From: an uncultured Clostridia bacterium
Lineage (GTDB): Bacteria; Bacillota; Clostridia; TANB77; CAG-508
Assembly: GCA_963556905.1 (NCBI GenBank)
Contig: CAUWAY010000001.1
Coordinates: forward strand, 89,720 to 153,719
Direction: 5' to 3'
DNA length: 64,000 bases
The notes below the pieces were generated by a model. That model made no database searches. It saw only the letters and a list, made by a program, of their open reading frames with translations, and was not told the DNA's origin. Below are positions 38,883-49,900 of this stretch, piece by piece; position 1 is the stretch's first letter, and each line of letters starts with the position of its first letter. The position numbers and the translations under genes are program-made.

Positions 38883-40682
38883 TTAATCTAGTTCTTCTAA
38901 TATCTTTTTAGCTAAATTTTCATTTATTCCGTTTACTTTTGAAATTTCTTCAATACTTGCTTTTTTTATTTTTTCAACACTTCCAAAATATTTTAGTAAT
39001 GCTAATTTTTTTACATTTCCAATTCCTTTTATAGTATCTAAATTTGATTTCGTAATAGATTCATCTCTAAGTTTTCTATGATATGAAATTGCTGTATCAT
39101 GTACTTCATCTTGGAATTTGGTTATTAAGTTCATTAAGTTTTCTGAAATTTCAAATTCTTTTCTGTTTTCATCTATTAAAGCTCTTGTTTGGTGTTTATC
39201 ATTTTTTACCATTCCGAATACAGGAATTTTTATTTCATATTTTGCAATTGCTGTTTTAATGGCTTTTATTTGTGTTATTCCTCCATCTGCTAATATCAAG
39301 TCTGGAAGTCTTCCAAAACTATTTGAATTACTTTTGTCTACTGAGTATTTTAGTCTTCTAGTTACTACTTCTTGGGTGCATCTTGGATCATCTTGCCCAT
39401 AAACAGTTTTTATTTTAAATCTCCTTGACATATTTCTTTTTATTATACCATCTATCATTACACACATTCCTGCAACTATATATTCTCCAGATATGTTTGA
39501 TATATCATATGTTTCTATTTTTCTTGGTAATTTGTTTAATCCTAATACTTCTTTTAGTTCTACAAGTATTTCACTTCTGTCTCTTTCTTTATTTTCAAGT
39601 GTAATTTTCGCATTATTGTCTGCCATTTCAACAAAACGTAGTTTTTCTCCTTTTTTAGGTGATTTTAATTCAACTTTTCTTCCAGCTTCTTTACTTAACC
39701 ATTCTTCTATTGCACTTTTATCTTCTAATTCTTCTTTTATCATTATTTTATTTGGAAGATTTTTACTATCTATATAATATTGTTTTATAAATCCTGATAT
39801 TATTTCACTATCTTCCATTTCCTTTAAGTCTTGAAAAAAATAATGTTCTCTTCCAACCATTTTGCTTCCACGTACAAAAAATATTTCTATACAAACTTCT
39901 ATTTCTGATTTCGCAATTCCAATTACATCTATGTCATTTTCTGTTATGTTAGATACTTTTTGTTTTTCATTTACTCTTCCTATTGCAATCATTCTGTCTC
40001 TTATATATGCTGCTTTTTCGAATTCCATTTTTCTAGCTTCTTCTAGCATTTGTTTTTCGAGTTCTTTTAAAACTTTGTCTATCTTTCCTTCTAAAATATC
40101 TATTATTTCATTTATTTGTTTTCTATAGTCTTCTTTTGAAATATATCCCATACAAGAACCTAAACATCTATTTATGTGATAATTTAAACATGCTCTTGTT
40201 TCTGATCTAAAATTTTTACATTGCCTTATTTTATATTTTTGCTTTATAAAGTCTAGCATTTCTTTCGCAGCTCCAGGATTTGCATATGGTCCAAAATATT
40301 TTGAACCATCATTTATTACTTTTCTTGTTATAATAACATTTGGGTATTCTGATTTTACATCTATTTTTATATATGGATATGTTTTATCATCTTTTAATAA
40401 CACATTGAATTTGGGTCTATTCTTTTTTATTAGATTACATTCTAATATTAATGCTTCTGCTTCATTGTCTACTACTATGTATTCAAAATGATCTATTAAT
40501 GATACCATTCTTTTTATTCTTTCAGTTTTGTCTGTTTTTCTAAAATATGATCTTACCCTATTTTTTAAATTTACAGCTTTCCCTACATATATTATTTTGT
40601 CTTCTACATCATGCATTATATAAACTCCTGGCTTATCTGGCAACATTTTTAGTTGTTCTTCTATATTAAACATTTCTTCCAC
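38883..40682 (-). CDS. uvrC: Excinuclease ABC subunit C
   Basis: GIY-YIG N-terminus, UVR domain, DISN, DGG, HhH. Confidence 0.97.
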   Translation of the reverse strand: MEEMFNIEEQLKMLPDKPGVYIMHDVEDKIIYVGKAVNLKNRVRSYFRKTDKTERIKRMVSLIDHFEYIVVDNEAEALILECNLIKKNRPKFNVLLKDDKTYPYIKIDVKSEYPNVIITRKVINDGSKYFGPYANPGAAKEMLDFIKQKYKIRQCKNFRSETRACLNYHINRCLGSCMGYISKEDYRKQINEIIDILEGKIDKVLKELEKQMLEEARKMEFEKAAYIRDRMIAIGRVNEKQKVSNITENDIDVIGIAKSEIEVCIEIFFVRGSKMVGREHYFFQDLKEMEDSEIISGFIKQYYIDSKNLPNKIMIKEELEDKSAIEEWLSKEAGRKVELKSPKKGEKLRFVEMADNNAKITLENKERDRSEILVELKEVLGLNKLPRKIETYDISNISGEYIVAGMCVMIDGIIKRNMSRRFKIKTVYGQDDPRCTQEVVTRRLKYSVDKSNSNSFGRLPDLILADGGITQIKAIKTAIAKYEIKIPVFGMVKNDKHQTRALIDENRKEFEISENLMNLITKFQDEVHDTAISYHRKLRDESITKSNLDTIKGIGNVKKLALLKYFGSVEKIKKASIEEISKVNGINENLAKKILEELD

Positions 40683-40932
40683 CTCCTAACTTTATTTTTT
40701 ATTAATTATTGGATAATTGATTTTAAGAATAAATTTTCTCTTTTTGACTCTATTATGATATACTATTTTTACTCTTTTTGCAATAGTATGTTTAATTTAT
40801 AAGTGAACAAATTGTGAATTTTATAAAAAACTATTGCCACATTTTTAATTTTATTGTAATATTATATGGTAAATTGAGATATGCTAAATTTTAATTAAAG
40901 AAAGGATTTTTAATTTTAAACATTTTATAAAA

Positions 40933-41085
40933 TGTAGCGCCAGAACTATCATAGTTGTAGTTGACGAGGTTTAGAGTTATCGAAATATTCGGCGGATGCT
41001 CTAATGGCTTTTACTTAAGTCATAGTATACATCTCAAAAAAACAATATTAATATGTTGTAACAAAGATTATACATAAGTATGTTA
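40933..41085 (+). ncRNA. glmS ribozyme (GlcN6P-activated riboswitch)
   Basis: AGCGCCAGAACT...AGTTGACGAGG...TTATCGAA..TTCGGCGGATGC consensus upstream of glmS. Confidence 0.92.
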
Positions 41086-41131
41086 AGTATATTTCAATTC
41101 CACAAAATAAATTATATAAGGAGGTTCTACT

Positions 41132-42973
41132 ATGTGTGGAATTATTGGATATATAGGAACAAAAAAAGCAAGTCCTATATTAATTAATGGTCTTTTAAGA
41201 CTTGAATACAGAGGATATGACTCTGCGGGAATATCAACTATTGAAAAAAGTGGTCTTTCTGTTATGAAAGACAAAGGAAGAGTAAAAAATTTATACAATT
41301 TAGAGGGAATTGATAATTTAGAAGGAACAATTGGTATCGGACATACAAGATGGGCAACACACGGAAAACCATCAAAAGAAAATTCTCATCCTCATTTAGA
41401 CAATAGCAATAGTTTTGCTGTTACCCATAATGGAATAATAGAAAATTATCATGATTTAAGAAACTTTTTAATTAATAATAATTATACTTTCTATTCTCAA
41501 ACTGACACAGAAGTTATTCCTAATCTTATAAATTATTATTATGAAAAAAGTTCTGTTGATGATGAAAATAGAGTTTTACATGCTATTCAATGTGCATGTA
41601 AAGATTTAAAAGGAAGTTATGCAATTCAAGTAATTTCAAAATATTTGCCAAATAACATTATTGTTGCTAGAAAAGATAGCCCTCTTGTTATTGGAAAAGG
41701 AGACGGAGAAAATTATATTTCTTCAGACATCCCTGCAATACTTTCATTTACAAAAGATTTTTATCTTTTAGATAATAATGAAATAGCACTTCTTTCAAAA
41801 GACAAAGTAGACTTTTATGATATAGAACTAAATAAAATTAACAAAAATGTAAAAAACATTGATTGGAATGCAGCAAGTGCTGATAAGAATGGTTATGATG
41901 ATTATATGTTAAAAGAAATCTTTGAACAACCTAATGCAATTAGAGAAACTATTGGTTCTCGTTTACCTGAAAATGGACCTTGCAATTTTGAAGATTTGGA
42001 TTTTACCAAAGAATTTTTATCAACAATAAATAAAATATATATTGTAGCTTGTGGTACTGCAATGCATGCTGGTTTATCTGGAAAAAATGCAATTGAGCAT
42101 CTTTGCCATATTCCAGTTATTGTAGATATTGCTTCTGAATTTAGATATAGAGACCCTATTATAGATAAAAATACATTATGTATATATATCTCTCAATCTG
42201 GTGAAACTGCTGATACAATTGCTGCTTTAAAACTTGCAAAATCAAAAGGAGCTACAACTCTTGCAGTTTCAAATGTAATAGGCAGTTCTATCACAAGAGA
42301 AGCAGATTATTCTATTTTTACCCATGCTGGTCCTGAAATTGCTGTTGCTTCAACAAAGGCATATACTTCACAAGTTGTATTATTAAATGTTTTAGCTATT
42401 TATTTTGCTGAAATTTTAGAAAGCTGCTCTGTTGTTGAACTAAAAGATTTGAAAAAGGAAATTTTGTCTTTACCAGAAAAAATAGAAATATCTTTAAAAT
42501 GTTCTAACCGCATAAAAGATTTTGCAAAGTCTATTTACCAAGAAAAAGATATGTTTTTCTTAGGTAGAGGTGTTGATTATAACACTGCTTTAGAAGGATC
42601 ATTGAAATTAAAAGAAATTTCTTATATTCACTCAGAAGCTTATGCTGCTGGCGAATTAAAACATGGACCTATTGCTTTAATTGAAAGCGGAGTTACTGTT
42701 GTTAGTATTATAACAGATAAATTATTAGTTGAAAAAACAATTAGTAATATTCAAGAAGTTATTACTAGAGGTGCAAAAACATTGGTAATAACAAACCAAG
42801 ATTTACCAAGTAATAATATTGATGTAATTATTACAGTTCCAGATACTTGTACTTTGGTTTCTCCTATCTTGTCTATAATTCCTTTGCAATTACTTTCTTA
42901 CTATATTTCAAAGGAAAAGGGATTAGATGTTGATAAACCTAGAAATCTTGCAAAATCTGTTACTGTTGAATAA
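41132..42973 (+). CDS. glmS: Glutamine-fructose-6-phosphate aminotransferase
   Basis: MCGIIG, HTRWATHG, SQSGET, PRNLAKSVTVE. Confidence 0.98.
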   Translation: MCGIIGYIGTKKASPILINGLLRLEYRGYDSAGISTIEKSGLSVMKDKGRVKNLYNLEGIDNLEGTIGIGHTRWATHGKPSKENSHPHLDNSNSFAVTHNGIIENYHDLRNFLINNNYTFYSQTDTEVIPNLINYYYEKSSVDDENRVLHAIQCACKDLKGSYAIQVISKYLPNNIIVARKDSPLVIGKGDGENYISSDIPAILSFTKDFYLLDNNEIALLSKDKVDFYDIELNKINKNVKNIDWNAASADKNGYDDYMLKEIFEQPNAIRETIGSRLPENGPCNFEDLDFTKEFLSTINKIYIVACGTAMHAGLSGKNAIEHLCHIPVIVDIASEFRYRDPIIDKNTLCIYISQSGETADTIAALKLAKSKGATTLAVSNVIGSSITREADYSIFTHAGPEIAVASTKAYTSQVVLLNVLAIYFAEILESCSVVELKDLKKEILSLPEKIEISLKCSNRIKDFAKSIYQEKDMFFLGRGVDYNTALEGSLKLKEISYIHSEAYAAGELKHGPIALIESGVTVVSIITDKLLVEKTISNIQEVITRGAKTLVITNQDLPSNNIDVIITVPDTCTLVSPILSIIPLQLLSYYISKEKGLDVDKPRNLAKSVTVE

Positions 42974-42974
42974 A

Positions 42975-43016
42975 ATAAATAAGACAATTGAGAAAAGTTC
43001 TCAGTTGTCTTATTTA
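42975..43016. terminator. Bidirectional terminator
   Basis: TAAATAAGACAATTGAG...CTCAGTTGTCTTATTTA between convergent genes. Confidence 0.7.
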
Positions 43017-43996
43017 TATAAATATTTTTGTGGATTTATTGCTACTCCATTTAGTCTTACTTCTAAGTGTAAATGTGCTCCTGTAACATTACCTGTTGCA
43101 CCAGCAGCAGCAATTACGTCTCCTGCATTAACTTTTTGACCTTTTGTAACATAAAATTCATTACAATGTGCATACCAAGTTTCTACTCCATTTCCATGGT
43201 CTATTTTTATTAATTTTCCATATGAACCATTTCTTGCAGCAAATGTAACTGTTCCGTCTGCTACTGTTTTTATTGGTGTTCCTACTGGACATGCAATATC
43301 TGTACCGGTATGTGCTCCTGATCTTATTCTACTTACTTCAGCAAATCTGGAAGTAATTCTACCTTTTACTGGAGTTACTGCTAATAGAACTCCATTTAAT
43401 GTCGTTTTTTTAGTTTTTTCGTCTTCTTTTATAAGTTTTTTTACTTGTTCTTCTACTTGTTCTTGTGCAACTTCTACTGTTTCAATTCCTATTTCTTCAA
43501 TATTTTCTGTGTAGTTTGTTGCTATTTGTAATTCTAATTTTATGCTATCATCTTTATGTTCCTCTTTTATTTGTTCTACTGCTGATTCTGCTTCTTCCAT
43601 ATTATCTACATAACTTAATGTTTCATCATTTAGAACTATCGCATAATATTTATACATTATTTTTGCATTTTCTTGTAATGCTAACATTATTTCGTCTTCG
43701 TTTGTTTCTTGAGTTCTACTTACTAACTTCATTTCATAACTTGGCATATTTTCTAATGTAACAAAATCTATATTTTTTCCATCCATTTCCATTATTTCAG
43801 TTTGGATTCTATTTTTAAATTCTGATACATTTTCTACATAACCTATCTGTTCTTCTGATAGTGTTACACTATATGTTGGTTTATATTTCAATAATATAAT
43901 CGCTACAACTAAACCTAATCCTATTGCCATTATGCTAAAGATTTTACAACTTTCTTTCGTATAGTATTTTAGTCTCTTTTTTAAAATAATATACAC
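43010..43996 (-). CDS. M23 family peptidase, membrane anchored
   Basis: HTGTD, YAHC, HLHLE motifs. Confidence 0.9.
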   Translation of the reverse strand: MYIILKKRLKYYTKESCKIFSIMAIGLGLVVAIILLKYKPTYSVTLSEEQIGYVENVSEFKNRIQTEIMEMDGKNIDFVTLENMPSYEMKLVSRTQETNEDEIMLALQENAKIMYKYYAIVLNDETLSYVDNMEEAESAVEQIKEEHKDDSIKLELQIATNYTENIEEIGIETVEVAQEQVEEQVKKLIKEDEKTKKTTLNGVLLAVTPVKGRITSRFAEVSRIRSGAHTGTDIACPVGTPIKTVADGTVTFAARNGSYGKLIKIDHGNGVETWYAHCNEFYVTKGQKVNAGDVIAAAGATGNVTGAHLHLEVRLNGVAINPQKYLYK

Positions 43997-44265
43997 TCTC
44001 CTTTTTAGTATTTCTATTAGCGACTAAAATTTATTATACCATAATTTTACTCTATTTGCAAATTATAGTCGTCTTGTTTCCACTTTTTATTAACACTTGA
44101 ACTTTTTATCTTTTAATTTTAGTCTATTTCATTAATAGAATTCTCCATTTTACTCTTTTTTATTCATCTTTTCTTCATTTTTCTACACTTGACATATTGA
44201 AAAAGCGATAAAAATGTGATATATTAATTATTATATTAAATTTGTAAAATTAGAATTGAGGTTAT

Positions 44266-45114
44266 ATGAAAAGATTAATTGTAACAAGCAAATATCATGG
44301 AAAAAAGTTATCAAAATTTATATTTGATAATTTTCCTTCTCTATCTCCAAATACTTTATACAAAGCATTAAGACAAAAAGATATTAAAATAAATGGAATA
44401 AGGACTAATAAAGATGTTTCAATTTTAACAAATGACGAAATTCTTATTTATATTGTAGATTCTTTATTATATCCTTCATATAATTTAAAAATAATTTTTG
44501 AAGATGATAATATCTTAGTTGTAGATAAATCTGTTGGAATTGAAGTAACTGGTGAAAATAGTTTAACAACATATATTCATGAAAAATATCCAAAAGAAAA
44601 GCCTATGCCTTGCCATAGAATTGATAGAAATACTACTGGTTTAGTTTTGTTTGCAAAAAATGATGTTTCTTTAAGTATTTTACTTGATAAGTTTAAAAAT
44701 CATGAAATTAGAAAATTTTATCAAGCATTAGTTTATGGAATTCCTAAGCCAAAAAAAGCTAGACTTGAGGCATATCTTTTTAAAGATAATAAAAAATCTA
44801 TTGTATATATTTCTGATACTTTTAAAAATGGCTATCAAAAAATAATTACTTCATATTCTGTTTTAAAAGAATATGATAATAATACCTCTTTATTAGATGT
44901 TGAAATTGAAACTGGTAAAACTCATCAAATTAGGGCTCATCTTGCACATATTGGTTATCCTCTCGTTGGAGATGGAAAATATGGGATTAATTCTGTGAAT
45001 AAATCTCTTGGTTTTAAATATCAACAGCTTCGTAGTTATAAATTGCAATTTAATTTTTCAACAGATTCTGGTATTTTAGAATATCTAAATGGAAAGTGTA
45101 TATCTATAAAATAA
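44266..45114 (+). CDS. RluA/RluC-family pseudouridine synthase with S4 domain
   Basis: HRIDRNTTG, TGKTHQIRAH, GDGKYG. Confidence 0.92.
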   Translation: MKRLIVTSKYHGKKLSKFIFDNFPSLSPNTLYKALRQKDIKINGIRTNKDVSILTNDEILIYIVDSLLYPSYNLKIIFEDDNILVVDKSVGIEVTGENSLTTYIHEKYPKEKPMPCHRIDRNTTGLVLFAKNDVSLSILLDKFKNHEIRKFYQALVYGIPKPKKARLEAYLFKDNKKSIVYISDTFKNGYQKIITSYSVLKEYDNNTSLLDVEIETGKTHQIRAHLAHIGYPLVGDGKYGINSVNKSLGFKYQQLRSYKLQFNFSTDSGILEYLNGKCISIK

Positions 45115-45159
45115 AAAAACCAAGATTTTTAAAATTTTTTCTAAAAATCTTGGTCTATT

Positions 45160-46974
45160 TTATCTTTTTATTGGTAATATAATGTTAAATGTTGTTCCTT
45201 TTCCTTCTTCTGTTTCAAAAGTAATATCTCCTCCAAAATGTGCCTTAATATTAGAGTACGACATGTAAAGTCCAAGTCCTGTTCCATTTTTTCCTTTTGT
45301 TGTAACCATTTCTTTAAATAATCTGTCTTGAACTTCTTTTGGAAGACCACCTGCAAAATCTCTAACAGAAATTATTACATCATTTCCTATTCGAGAAACT
45401 TGTAATTCAATATTTTTATTATGTTGTCCGTTATAAGCCTGAATTGCATTTGATATCATGTTATTAACAACTTGTACTAGACTATTTACATCTCCACTTA
45501 AAATTAGATTTTCATCTGTCTTCATCAGTACATTTAAGTATATATATGAATTTTTAAGTTCATGTTTCATTAATATGTTTACTTTCTTGACTAATTCACC
45601 AACTGAAAATGATACATCTTGCTCATTTGCTAATGCTACAGCTTGTCCTTTAACTGTTGTTATAATGTCAGACATATATTCTATATGTGTTCTAATTTTA
45701 GGTATCCAACTTTGCATTTCTCCTGCAATTTCATGGTGATCTTGAGAATTTACAAGGGGGTCATCTATTGATTCTTCATATTCTTTTATGAGATCTTCAA
45801 GTCCTTCTGTTGCTCCTGATATAGACATTATTGGAGTTTTTAAGTTATGTGCAATTCCACCTATTAATTGTCCTAATGATGCTAAACGTTCTCTTTCCAT
45901 TAATACTTCTTGGTTATTTTGAATAGTTTCCATGTCTTGCTTATGTTGTGTTATATCTTTTAACATTACTAGAATTCCTAGTGGAATTTCATCTGAACTT
46001 ATTGATGTTATTTCTATAGCAAAATATCTATTTATTTGTTCAAATCTTTGCTCATATGATATTGTTTTGTCAGAATTTTTTACTTGATTTATTGCATTTT
46101 CTAATTTGTTAACACTTTCTGTGTCATAATTATTTACTTTTAAAATATTTATTAAATTTTTACCTCTAATCTTTTCCTCATTTATATTAAATCTATCAAT
46201 AAATGTTTTATTAAAGTCTGTTATATCATTATTATCATTTAAAACTATATAACTATCTGACATTCTATCAACAATTTTTTGCAGTGCTATTGGAGTTACT
46301 CCTAAAAATTGATATTTGAATATTGCTATTGCTGTTAATAATATAGTTATTGAAAAATATATTGTTGTTAAATATATATTCATAGGAATTATTTTGAAAA
46401 GCCCTAAAAGATTTACTACTACTGGTATTGCACACCCTACTACAATTAGCATTGCTTGTTTTGAGAACATACCTGAATTTTTTATAAAATATCTAATTAA
46501 ATATCCTATTCCTATAAATTCTAGTATATATGTATATACTGCATGTACAGTGTTAAAGTAAATTCCATATACAGTTTCATCTATATTTGTTGAATACACT
46601 TTATAAAATAGGTGATGGTAATTATTTGTCCATAATGTAATTAATGATAACACTGGTATTATAAATAAGGCTAAATATCTTTTCTTAAATACTATTTTAG
46701 TTTTTGCAAAAATTACCCCTGTTAGTAAAACAGATACAGGTAAAAAACATGTTCCTACATATACAATGTAATCAAAGTATATCGGTGGTATGTTAAACCT
46801 TTCTGAAAATAAAATTTGTGCTGTTTGCCCAATTAAACAAATTAATAGACATACTAAATTACATATAAATACTGTTTTTAATTGACTTTTTTTAACTGCT
46901 TTTACTATTGCAATTAGTTCAGTTATACTTGCTAGTGTTACTATTATTAATAATGCCAATGTTACTTTTTCCAT
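45160..46974 (-). CDS. 7TM-PAS sensor histidine kinase
   Basis: About 7 TM helices, PAS, H-box AHNLKTP, N box, GTGLGL. Confidence 0.92.
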   Translation of the reverse strand: MEKVTLALLIIVTLASITELIAIVKAVKKSQLKTVFICNLVCLLICLIGQTAQILFSERFNIPPIYFDYIVYVGTCFLPVSVLLTGVIFAKTKIVFKKRYLALFIIPVLSLITLWTNNYHHLFYKVYSTNIDETVYGIYFNTVHAVYTYILEFIGIGYLIRYFIKNSGMFSKQAMLIVVGCAIPVVVNLLGLFKIIPMNIYLTTIYFSITILLTAIAIFKYQFLGVTPIALQKIVDRMSDSYIVLNDNNDITDFNKTFIDRFNINEEKIRGKNLINILKVNNYDTESVNKLENAINQVKNSDKTISYEQRFEQINRYFAIEITSISSDEIPLGILVMLKDITQHKQDMETIQNNQEVLMERERLASLGQLIGGIAHNLKTPIMSISGATEGLEDLIKEYEESIDDPLVNSQDHHEIAGEMQSWIPKIRTHIEYMSDIITTVKGQAVALANEQDVSFSVGELVKKVNILMKHELKNSYIYLNVLMKTDENLILSGDVNSLVQVVNNMISNAIQAYNGQHNKNIELQVSRIGNDVIISVRDFAGGLPKEVQDRLFKEMVTTKGKNGTGLGLYMSYSNIKAHFGGDITFETEEGKGTTFNIILPIKR

Positions 46975-46992
46975 TTTCTTTCTCCTTGTATA

Positions 46993-49900
46993 TTATATAT
47001 ATTTTATCTTTTTCAAGTATTCTATATATTTTATTATATATGTTTTATCTACTTCTTGCCATTTAAACCCTAGTCTTTTTAAATATTCCTTCGTAAAATC
47101 TGAATTTGGTATTACTGAACTTATTATATTCATTAATTTATTTTTGTCAAGTTCAGTTACTATTCCGTTTATGTCACTTCTCATTTTTTCATTTTTTAAT
47201 GCTAATGTTACTTTTTGACTAAATTCTTCATCATTTACTGGCTTAATGATTATTCCAAGTTCATTCAAATATTGTAATAATATACCTATATTTAAGAAAT
47301 TATCATTAAATAAGTGAAATACTGTAAATTCAGGATTAGATTCTATTATTTTTACTATTGCTTCTGCACAACTATCCACCGGAGTAAATTCTAAAGCATG
47401 TTTTATAAATTTTTCTTGTACTACTCCTAGTTTCATTATTGCTTTTATTCTACTTATAAATGCATTTTCTGATATATTAATTTGAAATTTTCCATCAGAT
47501 AGTCTATTTGTCATATTTCCAACTCTTAGTATACATGCATCTAAACCTGTTTGAATTGATTCAAAAATTTTTTTCTCCGCTTCAAATTTTGTAAATATAT
47601 ATACATTGTTTAGATCTTGATTTATGTAAAATTCATTTTCTTTAAAGCTTTTAGTTTTTTCTTCATCTGATTTTTTTGCAACATTGCCAGATACACTTAA
47701 TGTTGAAATATAGTATAATTTTTTATTATGTTTTTTACAGAAATTGATAACATTTTTTGTTCCTTCTACATTTGTATCATTGAATTTTTTGAAATTGCCA
47801 TAATGTTTTACAATTGCTGCTGTATGTATTACACAATCTACTTTTTGTGTTAAGTTTTCATATTCTTCATCACTTGTTTGTCCAAATTTTTTGTCTGTTA
47901 TATCTCCATTTATTACAATAATTTTTCTTCCTAGCAAATAATTATATTTGTCTCCGAAATAAAATTCTAAGTAATTTTTCAATCTAGTTTCTGGTTCTAT
48001 TGCAGATTTTTTTCTTACTAAGCAATATATTTTATTTGCATTTGATAATATTAATTGTTCTAATATGTGTATTCCTAAGTATCCAGTTGCTCCTATTAAT
48101 AATACATTTTTAATTTTTTTCTTAGGAATATTATTTTTTATTTTTGATATGTCATTTTGAGCAATGATTTCATTAATTTTTGTGTAATCATATTTTTCAT
48201 CTATATCATATGATATTTTTTTGTTTTTATTTTCAGATAGCATTCTTATTGTTGGATTTGAGAAAATATCTGAATATGTTATCTTAAGTCCTTCATTTAA
48301 AGCTTCAACTTGAAACTTAATAGCTGTTAAAGAATCTCCTCCTAATTCAAAGAAGTTATCGTCAATGCTTACTTTTTTTACCAAAAATAATTTTTTAAAT
48401 ATTTTTTCTAATTTCTTTTCAAATTCGTCTCTTGGTTCTATATATTGTGTTTTTGTCGAAAATTCAAATGTTAATTTGTTTTTATCTATTTTTCCATTTG
48501 GTGTTAATGGAAATTCATCTATTTGTTTTATAAAATTAGGAATCATATATTCTGCTAACTTTTCTTTCAAAAAGGCTTTTAAATCTGTAGGTGAAATTTC
48601 TTTTTCTGATGTATAGTAAGATATTATATAATTTATTTCTCCTTTTTTCTTAATATCTGTATATGCTTTAATTACACTAGGATATTCCATTATGGCATGG
48701 TTTATTTCGTCGAGTTCTATTCTATGTCCTGCTATTTTTACTTGATTATCATTTCTTCCTTTAAAATCTATTGTTCCATCTTCATTCCATTTTGCTATAT
48801 CTCCTGTTTTATACATCATTTTACTATTTTTGTCAAATATGTTTAATAAGAAATTCTTTTTTGTTTCTTCTTCTCTATTTATATATCCACTTCCTACTCC
48901 AGTTCCTGTTACATATATTTCTCCTTCTACTCCAATTGGCTGAATATTCATATCTTTACTAAGTATATATATTCTATCATTTTTTAATGGTCTTCCTATT
49001 GATGCAATTCCTTTGCTTATGTCTTTCTTATATTCTAATGCTGTACAACATACTGTTGTTTCTGTCGGTCCATATCCATTTACTATCATCATATTTTCAT
49101 TTAGATTATAATATTTGTTTAGAACTTCTTTTCTTATAGGCTCAACACCAACTAACATTTTATTGATTTTTACTTCTTTTTCTTTTATTATATTATATAC
49201 TTCTTCTAAAATATTAGGCGGTATATACAAACCAGTAATGTCATATTTGATTACTGCCTCTGCATACTTAAATATGTCTTTTATTATTTCTTCTTCATAT
49301 AAAACTAATGTTACTCCACTTAATATTGGTAAGAATATTTCCCATATACTTACATCAAATGAAATGTTTGTAGATGCTAAAAATTTATCTTTATCATTTA
49401 TTTTATTTTTATAATATTCTTTAAATGCATATACAAAATTTATTAAATTTTCATGTCTTATTTGCACACCTTTTGGCTTTCCTGTAGAACCTGATGTGTA
49501 TATCAAATATGCAATTTCTTCTGGAGAAATTTTTGTTTTTTCTGTAATCTCTTCATCTTCTTTTATGTTTGTATATGTTTGTATTTCTATTTTTTCTCCT
49601 TTAAATTCAAGGTCATTATTTTTCTTGCAAATCATTAATTTTGTATTGCTATTTTGTAGCATATATTCTAATCTTTCTTTTGGGTATTCTGTATACATAG
49701 GCATATATATTGCTCCTATTTTTAAAACTCCCATTATAGATATTATAAGTTCAATGCTTCTAGTTAAATTTATTCCTACTACATCTCCTGTTTTTACTCC
49801 ATTTTGTTTTAAAATATTTGCTATATAATTTGATTTTTTATTAAGTTCTCCATAAGTTATTTCTTGGTCTTTATATTTTACTGCTATATTATTTTCATTT